Of a stretch of DNA of 32,000 nucleotides, positions 25,449 through 32,000 are shown one piece after another. This stretch comes from Caedibacter taeniospiralis. Lineage in GTDB: Bacteria > Pseudomonadota > Gammaproteobacteria > Francisellales > Francisellaceae. Numbering within the stretch: the first letter of the stretch is position 1; each line of letters starts with the position of its first letter. Where the stretch lies: the NCBI RefSeq assembly GCF_002803295.2, contig NZ_PGGB02000013.1:5826-37825 (forward strand), given 5' to 3'. The position numbers and the translations under genes are program-made. The notes below the pieces were generated by a model. That model ran no database searches. It was given only the letters and a program-made list of their open reading frames with translations, and had not been told where the DNA came from.

Positions 25449-26081
25449 GTGATGAAGAAGTGCCACAGGCTGGTCTTAAGTGTATTGGTGATTATTCTTG
25501 CTGGTTGTGATAAGTATGAGCATAAGTTAGATAAAACAGACCTCAAAGAGGGTGAGTATGCCGATGAGATCCAAGCACACCTTAAGGTTCGTGAATCTCA
25601 GCTTGAGTTGTTATTTTCAAGCCAGCGTATTCTGCACACGCTTAAGCGCGCCAACGTGCGCTTGGCAGAAGAGACACCATTATCTATTGAGCGCTATCAA
25701 TCACTGGATCAAAGTATGCAAAAATCGCGCGATACTTTTAATGTTCAACTCTTGCTTTATAATGCGTGCGCTATTGAGCTTAAGCAGTTTCAAGCGGAAC
25801 ATTCCGCCTTTGTCGAAATCTTTGTGACGGATTTATCTGGAATGAATGTCTGCCAGACAAACATGACGACGGATTTTTATCAGGCGGATGAGAGGTGGTG
25901 GCAACAAGCCTATAATGAGGGCAAGGGAAAGATTTGTTACGGTGAGATTAGCTATGATGCCAGTGCAGCAGAGATTGTCGCACCGATTTATATGCCAATC
26001 TATGAAAAGCACAAATTGATTGGCTTGGCAAAGGCGTTGGTTTCTATTCATGACCTTTATAAAACTGAGTTTAGCCAGTAG
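25449..26081 (+). CDS. Lipoprotein with a Cache/PDC-like extracytoplasmic sensor fold and no output domain
   Basis: Lipobox ILAGC. The C-terminal half FVTDLSGMNVCQTNMTTDFYQADERWWQQAY..GKGKICYGEISYDASAAEIVAPIYMPIY resembles single-Cache/PDC sensor domains. Confidence 0.45.
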   Translation: MMKKCHRLVLSVLVIILAGCDKYEHKLDKTDLKEGEYADEIQAHLKVRESQLELLFSSQRILHTLKRANVRLAEETPLSIERYQSLDQSMQKSRDTFNVQLLLYNACAIELKQFQAEHSAFVEIFVTDLSGMNVCQTNMTTDFYQADERWWQQAYNEGKGKICYGEISYDASAAEIVAPIYMPIYEKHKLIGLAKALVSIHDLYKTEFSQ

Positions 26082-26136
26082 TAATTAATTTGACTCACGT
26101 CGAACTCAGGTTAGGTAATGATGTAATTCTAAAATA

Positions 26137-26186
26137 ATGACAAAAAGTCATGCAATTTTCTGGATTTTGAAATGACAATTTGTCAT
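26137..26186. promoter_or_regulatory. Two 15-bp palindromes, ATGACAAAAAGTCAT and ATGACAATTTGTCAT, that are candidate operators
   Basis: They lie at 26137-26151 and 26172-26186, 35 bp centre to centre, just upstream of the small ORF and higBA. The second overlaps a possible -10 CATACT. Confidence 0.4.
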
Positions 26187-26220
26187 ACTTTGGCAAGGTT
26201 TTTAAGAAAGGGGATTAGCG

Positions 26221-26403
26221 ATGCTAAAAAAAGGTAAATTAAACCCAGTAGCCAAAAGCTTGGTTAAGCTTAATTACAATGCAGGCGTTCATGGAAAAAC
26301 GAATAAAGCTAAAAGGATTAAAGACAAGCAAAAGCTTTTAAAATCGTTATCACGCGGTTTTGATAGCTATTTATTGAGTTTGTTTTTAAAGCAAGTTGAT
26401 TAA
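26221..26403 (+). CDS. Small, very basic protein with a hydrophobic tail; possible distant ArfA-like protein (tentative)
   Basis: 60 aa: MLKKGKLNPVAKSLVKLNYNAGVHGKTNKAKRIKDKQKLLKSLSRGFDSYLLSLFLKQVD. A GGGGA Shine-Dalgarno-like sequence lies upstream. Similarity to ArfA is limited to a K-G-K-x-N-P-V-A-K-x-L segment followed by a Lys/Arg-rich stretch. Confidence 0.3.
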   Translation: MLKKGKLNPVAKSLVKLNYNAGVHGKTNKAKRIKDKQKLLKSLSRGFDSYLLSLFLKQVD

Positions 26404-26426
26404 ATAGCTATTTAAGAAAACTGACC

Positions 26427-26750
26427 ATGATTGTGATGAACAAAGAGTTGATTGCAAAGTTTTGTAAAAAACATGCGCAAGTGAAAAAGAGTTTTGATCC
26501 ATTGCTCAAGATTTTAGAAGCTAATAACTTTAACGGGTTTAGAGATCTAGCGGAAATATTTAAAACGGCAGATTATGTTTATCATGTTTTTACGATCTTT
26601 GATGTTGCAGGCAACAATTATCGTATGGTAACCATTGTCGATTATGATTTTTCAGTGATTGATGTTCGCTATGTATGGACACATGAAGAGTACAATAAAA
26701 AGCAAGCGGTATTAAAGCGAGAGGCAAAGAAATATGTTAGCAATAAGTGA
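26427..26750 (+). CDS. higB: Type II toxin HigB (RelE-superfamily mRNA interferase)
   Basis: FDVAGNNYRMVTIVDYDFSVIDVRYVWTHEEYNK matches the HigB-family core (..GGNKYRLV..I.Y....V.I..V.TH.EYDK). The toxin-first gene order and 17-nt overlap with the HTH gene are typical of higBA. Confidence 0.8.
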   Translation: MIVMNKELIAKFCKKHAQVKKSFDPLLKILEANNFNGFRDLAEIFKTADYVYHVFTIFDVAGNNYRMVTIVDYDFSVIDVRYVWTHEEYNKKQAVLKREAKKYVSNK

Positions 26751-27135
26751 AATAAACAAATCCTGGTCGTTACTTATGCCATACATTGAAGCGTATAAAA
26801 CCAAAAAGCAATACGAGGAATCAAAAAAACTGTTGCGTGAGTTAATGAAATTGAGTGCAGATGAGAAGACACAAGAAATACAATCTTTTGCAAGAGCATT
26901 GGCTAAGCAGGTTAATAACTATGAAAGTAAACATTTTAGTTTTGAAAATAGTGCTAACGCCAAGGATGTTTTGCTATATCTGATTAAAATGTATGGTTTA
27001 ACACAAAAAGATTTACCTGAAATCGGGTCTCAATCACTGGTATCTAAGATTTTAAAAGGTGAGCGAGAGCTAACACTTGAACACATAAAGGCGTTATCCA
27101 AACGCTTTAATGTATCGGTCAATACCTGGTTTTAA
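26734..27135 (+). CDS. higA: HigA antitoxin (XRE-type helix-turn-helix)
   Basis: The C-terminal LIKMYGLTQKDLPEIGSQSLVSKILKGERELTLEHIKALSKRFNVSVNTWF is the typical HigA/XRE HTH. The gene overlaps higB. Confidence 0.8.
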   Translation: MLAISEINKSWSLLMPYIEAYKTKKQYEESKKLLRELMKLSADEKTQEIQSFARALAKQVNNYESKHFSFENSANAKDVLLYLIKMYGLTQKDLPEIGSQSLVSKILKGERELTLEHIKALSKRFNVSVNTWF

Positions 27136-27185
27136 AGGAAATTTTAGAATGGAAAGGATTTCTTGATTCTTGGATGCGTTGAATA

Positions 27186-27518
27186 TCATGCAATTCCCAA
27201 AAACACCGACAATAACCTTTCAATTTCTAACAGGTTATTCCTGCTCAATGCCCCAAATGGAATACCAATCTGTTCCCTTGCAACTGTATGTAATTTATCG
27301 ATCATTACCTGTGATACTCTATTTAATCCATTTATTTCACTAGGTTTGACAGTATATCTAAATAAAGGGGTTTCCCTTATTTCACTGGTTATAGGTAAAA
27401 TAGTGATTGACGGATGTTCTGAAAACAAATCTGATTGAATAACCACTGCTGGTCGAGGTTTTCCATAATCTCCTCGCAAAGAGACAGTGACAATATCGCC
27501 ACGTTTAATCATATCCAC
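27186..27518 (-). CDS. PemK/MazF-family type II toxin (endoribonuclease)
   Basis: RGDIVTVSLRGDYGKPRPAVVIQSDLF...ITILPITSE...SQVMIDKLHTV matches the PemK/MazF SH3-like fold subfamily that pairs with DUF3018 antitoxins. Confidence 0.85.
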   Translation of the reverse strand: MDMIKRGDIVTVSLRGDYGKPRPAVVIQSDLFSEHPSITILPITSEIRETPLFRYTVKPSEINGLNRVSQVMIDKLHTVAREQIGIPFGALSRNNLLEIERLLSVFLGIA

Positions 27519-27733
27519 CCTTTAGTGTCAGAGGCGTCACTAATCCAACCTATAACATCGTGTTCATGCTGGTCATTAGCCAAAAGCTTAGACTGTCTTA
27601 AACATTCTTGCTTAAATCCAGCCTTTCGTGTATCGGGAACCCAAATTTGGACAGGTCTTAGACCTTGTGCTTTTAATTCATCCCTGTGTTGTTTGACTCT
27701 TTCCTGAATTGTTTTTGCCATTTCAATCTCCAA
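27509..27733 (-). CDS. DUF3018-type (MazE-like) antitoxin
   Basis: RVKQHRDELKAQGLRPVQIWVPDTRKAGFKQECLRQSKLLANDQHEHDVIGWISDASDTKGW is the hallmark DUF3018 sequence. It overlaps the downstream toxin by 10 nt. The start may be MAKT at 27721. Confidence 0.8.
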   Translation of the reverse strand: MEIEMAKTIQERVKQHRDELKAQGLRPVQIWVPDTRKAGFKQECLRQSKLLANDQHEHDVIGWISDASDTKGWI

Positions 27734-27910
27734 TCACTTTGTTTCATGTAACAATTGTAGCCTGCATCTTCAATTTATACAACGAGTTCTATTGTCAAAA
27801 TTAAATCCCTATTCTGCGGGAGCGTGGGAACGAGGATAGCGCACCTCTTCGACTTAGCTTTGGTAGCAGTAGGAACCTTGAGCGAGGATGTGGATGTGAC
27901 CACAGCCGTT

Positions 27911-29335
27911 TTATTTTACTTGATTAATAAGATATTGCGTAAGCATTGGCACAGGACGACCAGTGGCTGTGGCTTTTTCAAAGCCTGTCATGGCAGAACC
28001 AGCTACATCGAGGTGTGCCCAGGTGTAGTTCTCAGTAAATTTAGATAAGAAAAGCGCTGCGGTAATGCTGCCAGCAGCAGGACCTCCAATGTTATTCATA
28101 TCGGCAACATCACTTTTTAGCAGTTCATGGTAAGGGGCATGTAAAGGCATGTGCCAGGCAGGATCATGACTCTCTTTAGAGGCAAGTTTAAGATCGCCTG
28201 CCAAGGTGTCATTGTTGGAAAAAAGACCCGTAAGATCACCACCTAAAGCGACGACCATAGCACCTGTCAACGTAGCGATATCAATGACGACTTTTGGCTT
28301 ATAGCGTTCAATATAAGTAAGGGTATCACAGAGTACCAAACGACCTTCTGCATCGGTGTTTCCGATTTCAACGGTAATTCCTTTCATGCTGGTAAGAACA
28401 TCGCCAGGGCGATATGAATTACCGTCCAGTGAGTTTTCTACTAAAGCAACGACACCAATAACATTGATAGGTAGTTTTAAGCGCGTAATTGCCTGTATGG
28501 TACCGAAAACTGAGGCCGCACCACCCATATCCATTTTCATGCTGCTCATGCTTTGCCATGGCTTTAAGCATAGCCCACCCGTGTCATACACCAGACCCTT
28601 ACCGACAAGGACAATTGGCTGATCTTCTTTTTTACCACCACGGTATTCCATACAAGCGATATAGCTGGGCATGGGAGAACCGCGCCCAACCGCACTAATG
28701 CAGCCCATGCCAAGTTTTAGCATTTCCTCTTCGCCAATATAGTGCAATGAGCAATGATCATTCGTTGCCACTAGTTTTTTTGCTTCATTTAACAGGTAAT
28801 CAGTTGAACAAATGTTGGCTGGAAGGTTTTTCAGATCTTTGGCATAGTTCTGAGCATTGGCAATCGCCTGGGAGATCTTAATGTCACGTGTAACTTCACT
28901 CACGCTTTGAGTGATAATATCAACCTGTTTTAATTTGAAAGTCTCTTTTTCAGATTTTAACTGGTCAAACACGTACGACGAATTAATAAGTGCTTCAACA
29001 AACAGGCGTGTGCAGTTATCGCCCAAAGTTGATGTATCAACAGCAAACGTATCGATACTCAGTGCTTTTAGTTGACTATAAAGCGTATTAAGTGCCTTGC
29101 GGATGCTATGTGCATTCAGTTTATCTTTTTTGCCTAAGCCGATGGCAAGATAATTTTTATTTTTGCCCTCGCCTAACGCAAAATAGCTACTTGCTGCTTT
29201 TGCAGTGAAAACTTCCTTGTCTTGCGCTTTTTTAATGACATCTATTGTACTTACTGAGTCTTCAAGCACAAAGACAACCTCAGTGGTGCACGGGCTTTGG
29301 TTTAGTGTATTAATCTGCATGTCATTCCTCATCAT
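27911..29335 (-). CDS. pepA: Leucyl aminopeptidase (M17)
   Basis: VGKGLVYDTGGLCLKP, NTDAEGRLVLCD signature and ATLTGA motif. 474 aa. Confidence 0.92.
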   Translation of the reverse strand: MMRNDMQINTLNQSPCTTEVVFVLEDSVSTIDVIKKAQDKEVFTAKAASSYFALGEGKNKNYLAIGLGKKDKLNAHSIRKALNTLYSQLKALSIDTFAVDTSTLGDNCTRLFVEALINSSYVFDQLKSEKETFKLKQVDIITQSVSEVTRDIKISQAIANAQNYAKDLKNLPANICSTDYLLNEAKKLVATNDHCSLHYIGEEEMLKLGMGCISAVGRGSPMPSYIACMEYRGGKKEDQPIVLVGKGLVYDTGGLCLKPWQSMSSMKMDMGGAASVFGTIQAITRLKLPINVIGVVALVENSLDGNSYRPGDVLTSMKGITVEIGNTDAEGRLVLCDTLTYIERYKPKVVIDIATLTGAMVVALGGDLTGLFSNNDTLAGDLKLASKESHDPAWHMPLHAPYHELLKSDVADMNNIGGPAAGSITAALFLSKFTENYTWAHLDVAGSAMTGFEKATATGRPVPMLTQYLINQVK

Positions 29336-29403
29336 TTAGATACTCTACCAGGCTGGCTAGTGTCGCATAGATAAAAGGCTTAAGGCAAGCTGCAAATAGC
29401 AGA

Positions 29404-29925
29404 TTAGAACTCGTAGCTTACCCCAAGGGTATAAGCATCTGCAAAAGGCTGTTTGCCACCGTTATCAAGGAAGTAACGGCTACTTTGGAAAAACAGGTTA
29501 AAGCCTAAGATTTGATAACCCACACCGATAGCAACCGCTGGGCGCCATAGCGTATTAGGAAATGGGCTTTCATCCACGCCACTAATTCGATTATAGGCAT
29601 AGCCTAGCTTAGCCATTAAATTTAAACCAAGTGGCAGATCCAGCTTGGCTGTGGCATATAAGGGGATAGTCGTTAAATTCCCCGTTTGATTATTCAGTTT
29701 GACGGTACTGTTGAGATAGTTAAGCTCAGTTTCCACACCAACCTTCAAAAAAGAAATTATCGGAAACTGATAACCGACAAGCAAACCTGTGGTGACGTTA
29801 TTATTGGCATTAAGCTCGCTTGATGAATGACTTACTCCTCCTTGAGCACCGATGTAAATCCCCGCATATGCTGAACCAGAAGCAATAAGACCTGCTACAG
29901 TCATAGATGCTAATATTTTTTTCAT
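29404..29925 (-). CDS. Small 8-stranded outer-membrane beta-barrel protein (OmpX/opacity-porin-like)
   Basis: Signal peptide ending SAYA/G; alternating amphipathic strands; C-terminal ...LGVSYEF with a terminal Phe typical of OMPs. Confidence 0.65.
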   Translation of the reverse strand: MKKILASMTVAGLIASGSAYAGIYIGAQGGVSHSSSELNANNNVTTGLLVGYQFPIISFLKVGVETELNYLNSTVKLNNQTGNLTTIPLYATAKLDLPLGLNLMAKLGYAYNRISGVDESPFPNTLWRPAVAIGVGYQILGFNLFFQSSRYFLDNGGKQPFADAYTLGVSYEF

Positions 29926-29948
29926 GATCTTAAATCCTTATAAAGTTA

Positions 29949-31400
29949 TTAAACATTGTACCCAGAAGAGGATACATGGGTATTTGAGCCAATCCAGTCA
30001 GTGTGGAAAAACTCACCACGCGGTTTATCCAGGCGCTCATAAGTATGTGCGCCAAAGTAATCGCGTTGTGCTTGTAACAGGTTTGCTGGTAATCTTCCTG
30101 TAGTGAACCCGTCAAAAAAGCTTAAGCTCGAAGTCAAGGCAGGCATCGTAATCCCCGCTTCAACCGCTTTTGCAACAATTCTTCTAACGCTGGGTAAAGC
30201 TTTCTTAAGAATCACGCTAAAGTAGTCATCAAATAGCAGGTTTTCTAATTTTGGGTTTTTAGCAAACGCTGCCTTGATTTTATCTAAAAATACACTGCGG
30301 ATAATACAGCCTTCACGCCACATCAAGGCAATATCACCGTAGTTCAAAGACCAATCGTGCTCTGTTGAGGCTTCTTGCATCAGCATATAACCTTGTGCAT
30401 AAGAAATAATTTTGGCAAATAAAAGTGCCTGTTGCAGATCGGATAACAGCTCATCTGAGGCACTAAGCTTGTGAAAGCTTTTCTTGCCATAAACGCTTTC
30501 CGCCTGTAAGCGAATAGCTTTTTGTGAAGAGATACAACGCGCAAAAACACTCTCGGCAATTAAGGTCAAAGGGATACCTAAATCCAGGGCATTAATGCCA
30601 GTCCACTTACCTGTGCCTTTTTGACCTGCGGTATCTAAGATGCGATCAATCACATAGCCTTCAGTATCCTTGAATTTCAAAATATTAGCAGTGATCTCAA
30701 TCAAATAACTATTAAGTTCTGTGTTATTCCATTGATTAAAGATTTCACTTAGGTTTTCGTTATCTAATCCAAGCAAATCTTTCATAAACTGATAGGCTTC
30801 ACAAATCAGCTGCATGTCACCATATTCAATGCCGTTGTGGACCATTTTGACAAAGTGTCCCGCGCCTCCACTGCCAACCCATTCGCAACAAGGCTCACCA
30901 TTGGGTGTTTTGGCGGCAATCGCCTGGAAAATTGGCTTAACAGCACCCCAGGCTTCAGTCATCCCACCAGGCATCATGGAGGGTCCAAAACGCGCCCCTT
31001 CTTCGCCCCCTGAAACCCCTGTGCCAATAAAATAAATGCCTTTTGCTTTAAGCACATGGGCACGGCGTTCAGTATCGGTAAAATTAGAATTACCGCCATC
31101 AATGATGATATCCCCTGTGTCTAAATGCGGGACTAAAGTATCAATAAACTGATCAATGACATCACCCGCTTTAACCATAAGCATGATTTTGCGCGGGCTT
31201 TTGAGTTTAGAAATCATATCTTCAATCGAGTAAGCCCCAATAATATTGGTCCCTTTGGCATTACCATTCAAAAACTCATCTACCTTACTGGTCGTACGAT
31301 TGTAGGCGACGACGTGAAAGCCGTGATCGTTCATGTTTAAGATAAGATTTTGACCCATCACTGCTAAGCCGATAACAGCGATATCCCCCTTTTGTTGCAT
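29949..31400 (-). CDS. gnd: 6-phosphogluconate dehydrogenase (decarboxylating)
   Basis: Colinear with E. coli Gnd from MQQKGDIAVIGLAVMGQNLILN... through GTGVSGGEEGA, KMVHNGIEYGDMQLI and QAQRDYFGAHTYER. I prefer the start at 31400. The 40-aa upstream extension in the track has no Gnd counterpart. Confidence 0.9.
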   Translation of the reverse strand: MQQKGDIAVIGLAVMGQNLILNMNDHGFHVVAYNRTTSKVDEFLNGNAKGTNIIGAYSIEDMISKLKSPRKIMLMVKAGDVIDQFIDTLVPHLDTGDIIIDGGNSNFTDTERRAHVLKAKGIYFIGTGVSGGEEGARFGPSMMPGGMTEAWGAVKPIFQAIAAKTPNGEPCCEWVGSGGAGHFVKMVHNGIEYGDMQLICEAYQFMKDLLGLDNENLSEIFNQWNNTELNSYLIEITANILKFKDTEGYVIDRILDTAGQKGTGKWTGINALDLGIPLTLIAESVFARCISSQKAIRLQAESVYGKKSFHKLSASDELLSDLQQALLFAKIISYAQGYMLMQEASTEHDWSLNYGDIALMWREGCIIRSVFLDKIKAAFAKNPKLENLLFDDYFSVILKKALPSVRRIVAKAVEAGITMPALTSSLSFFDGFTTGRLPANLLQAQRDYFGAHTYERLDKPRGEFFHTDWIGSNTHVSSSGYNV

Positions 31401-31622
31401 ATTGATGCTTCCGAAAATCATTGTGCCAGGCATTTTAAAGCTTTGCGCCAGCAAGATAAAGGCTTTTAGCAGAAAAGCAAACAGGTTGAGTATTGGTGGA
31501 TGCGCCTTTGGCTTATCCACCCTGCACTAAGTACGTTACCAAGTTGGCAATTCATCAGTTATAGAGTCATGTCAAAGTCAAAAATGGCTCACCTCAATTG
31601 ATGACTAAGGATTCATTACGCC

Positions 31623-32000
31623 TTAGGCTACCTGAAAAGCGGATTTGACAATCACTTGTTTATGATTAAACGCTAAACCAAGCTTCAATATGCGCTTTAC
31701 TTGAGATTGAGATGTTAGCTCAGTGCTGTAATTTTTAGCATCAATCTGGCTTAGCGCTTGCCTGGCAAGTTTGTCTAAGTTTTCACTGCCATCTTCCCTG
31801 GCATGCTTAAATTCCATCACTATGCCTAAATCGTGCTTTTGATTATTGGCTAAGGGATAAAGTAGCACATCGGGATAACCATCTCCCGATTCATGATTGG
31901 AGTGGATAATATGAGTTGATCTTAGGGAGGCGATTAAGCCCAACACCAGTCCATGATAAAACTTCTCGGCGGTATAGCCTGTGTCTCTGACACTTAAGGC
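31623..32000 (-). CDS. C-terminal PD-(D/E)XK nuclease domain of a DUF1703 / AAA-ATPase-like protein (5' part outside the window)
   Basis: The frame stays open to the window edge (..SVRDTGYTAEKFYHGLVLGLIASLRS...SNHESGDGYPDVLLYP...GIVMEFKHA...KLGLAFNHKQVIV). The E-S-G-x-G-x-x-D ... E-F-K pattern is that of the PDDEXK_9-type domain. Confidence 0.55.
   Translation of the reverse strand, partial: ALSVRDTGYTAEKFYHGLVLGLIASLRSTHIIHSNHESGDGYPDVLLYPLANNQKHDLGIVMEFKHAREDGSENLDKLARQALSQIDAKNYSTELTSQSQVKRILKLGLAFNHKQVIVKSAFQVA

Noticed and set aside
27163-27707. Plus-strand ORFs 27163..27438 and 27435..27707
   Set aside because: They are antisense to the well-supported PemK toxin and DUF3018 antitoxin genes, and their translations are low-complexity with no family resemblance.
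27780-27910. A GC-richer patch between the DUF3018 antitoxin gene and the pepA stop (GCGGGAGCGTGGGAACGAGG...), considered as a tRNA, sRNA or additional repeat copy
   Set aside because: I could find no cloverleaf, stable hairpin plus T-run, or TIR match. It contains only a half-site resembling other palindromic repeats. ORF 27824..28048 is antisense to pepA and spurious. Evidence is insufficient to call a feature.

Overview
This is a low-GC chromosomal segment that looks gammaproteobacterial. The lon-hupB-ppiD and ygfB-ubiH-ubiI synteny, together with dispersed GGGAATGAC-type palindromic repeats, suggests a Legionellales-like organism; that assignment is inference only. Most of the window is housekeeping: lon (3' part), hupB, ppiD, miaA, obg, an nlpD-like gene, fumC, nupC, ygfB, ubiH, ubiI, lplA, a kch-like K+ channel, an APC permease, an ftsI-class PBP, tyrS, pepA, a small OMP and gnd.

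The most interesting locus is a minus-strand three-gene RiPP cluster at 11936-13921. It encodes a secreted, Met-rich precursor with five C-G-[AS] motifs, a DUF692/MNIO maturase and a DUF2063 partner, which makes it HvfABC- or methanobactin-like. It lies directly downstream of a 6S RNA gene (ssrS, about 14103-14302, minus strand). I recognised ssrS by similarity to the E. coli 6S sequence; it is hidden under two spurious ORFs in the track.

Other notable items:
- An aquaglyceroporin gene is interrupted by an in-frame TGA at a conserved Trp codon.
- A family of MITE-like repeats with about 23-nt terminal inverted repeats occurs in three copies. Two copies sit immediately upstream of fumC and tyrS.
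- A degenerate tRNA-like element lies downstream of hupB.
- A small toxin-antitoxin islet holds higBA convergent with a DUF3018/PemK pair.
- Several decayed selfish-element remnants are present: a MazE C-terminal half, an Rpn-type nuclease tail, a DUF4143 ATPase tail and a frameshifted alpha/beta hydrolase.

I saw no CRISPR array, rRNA or intact transposase. All protein calls come from reading the supplied translations against remembered family motifs. No database search was run.
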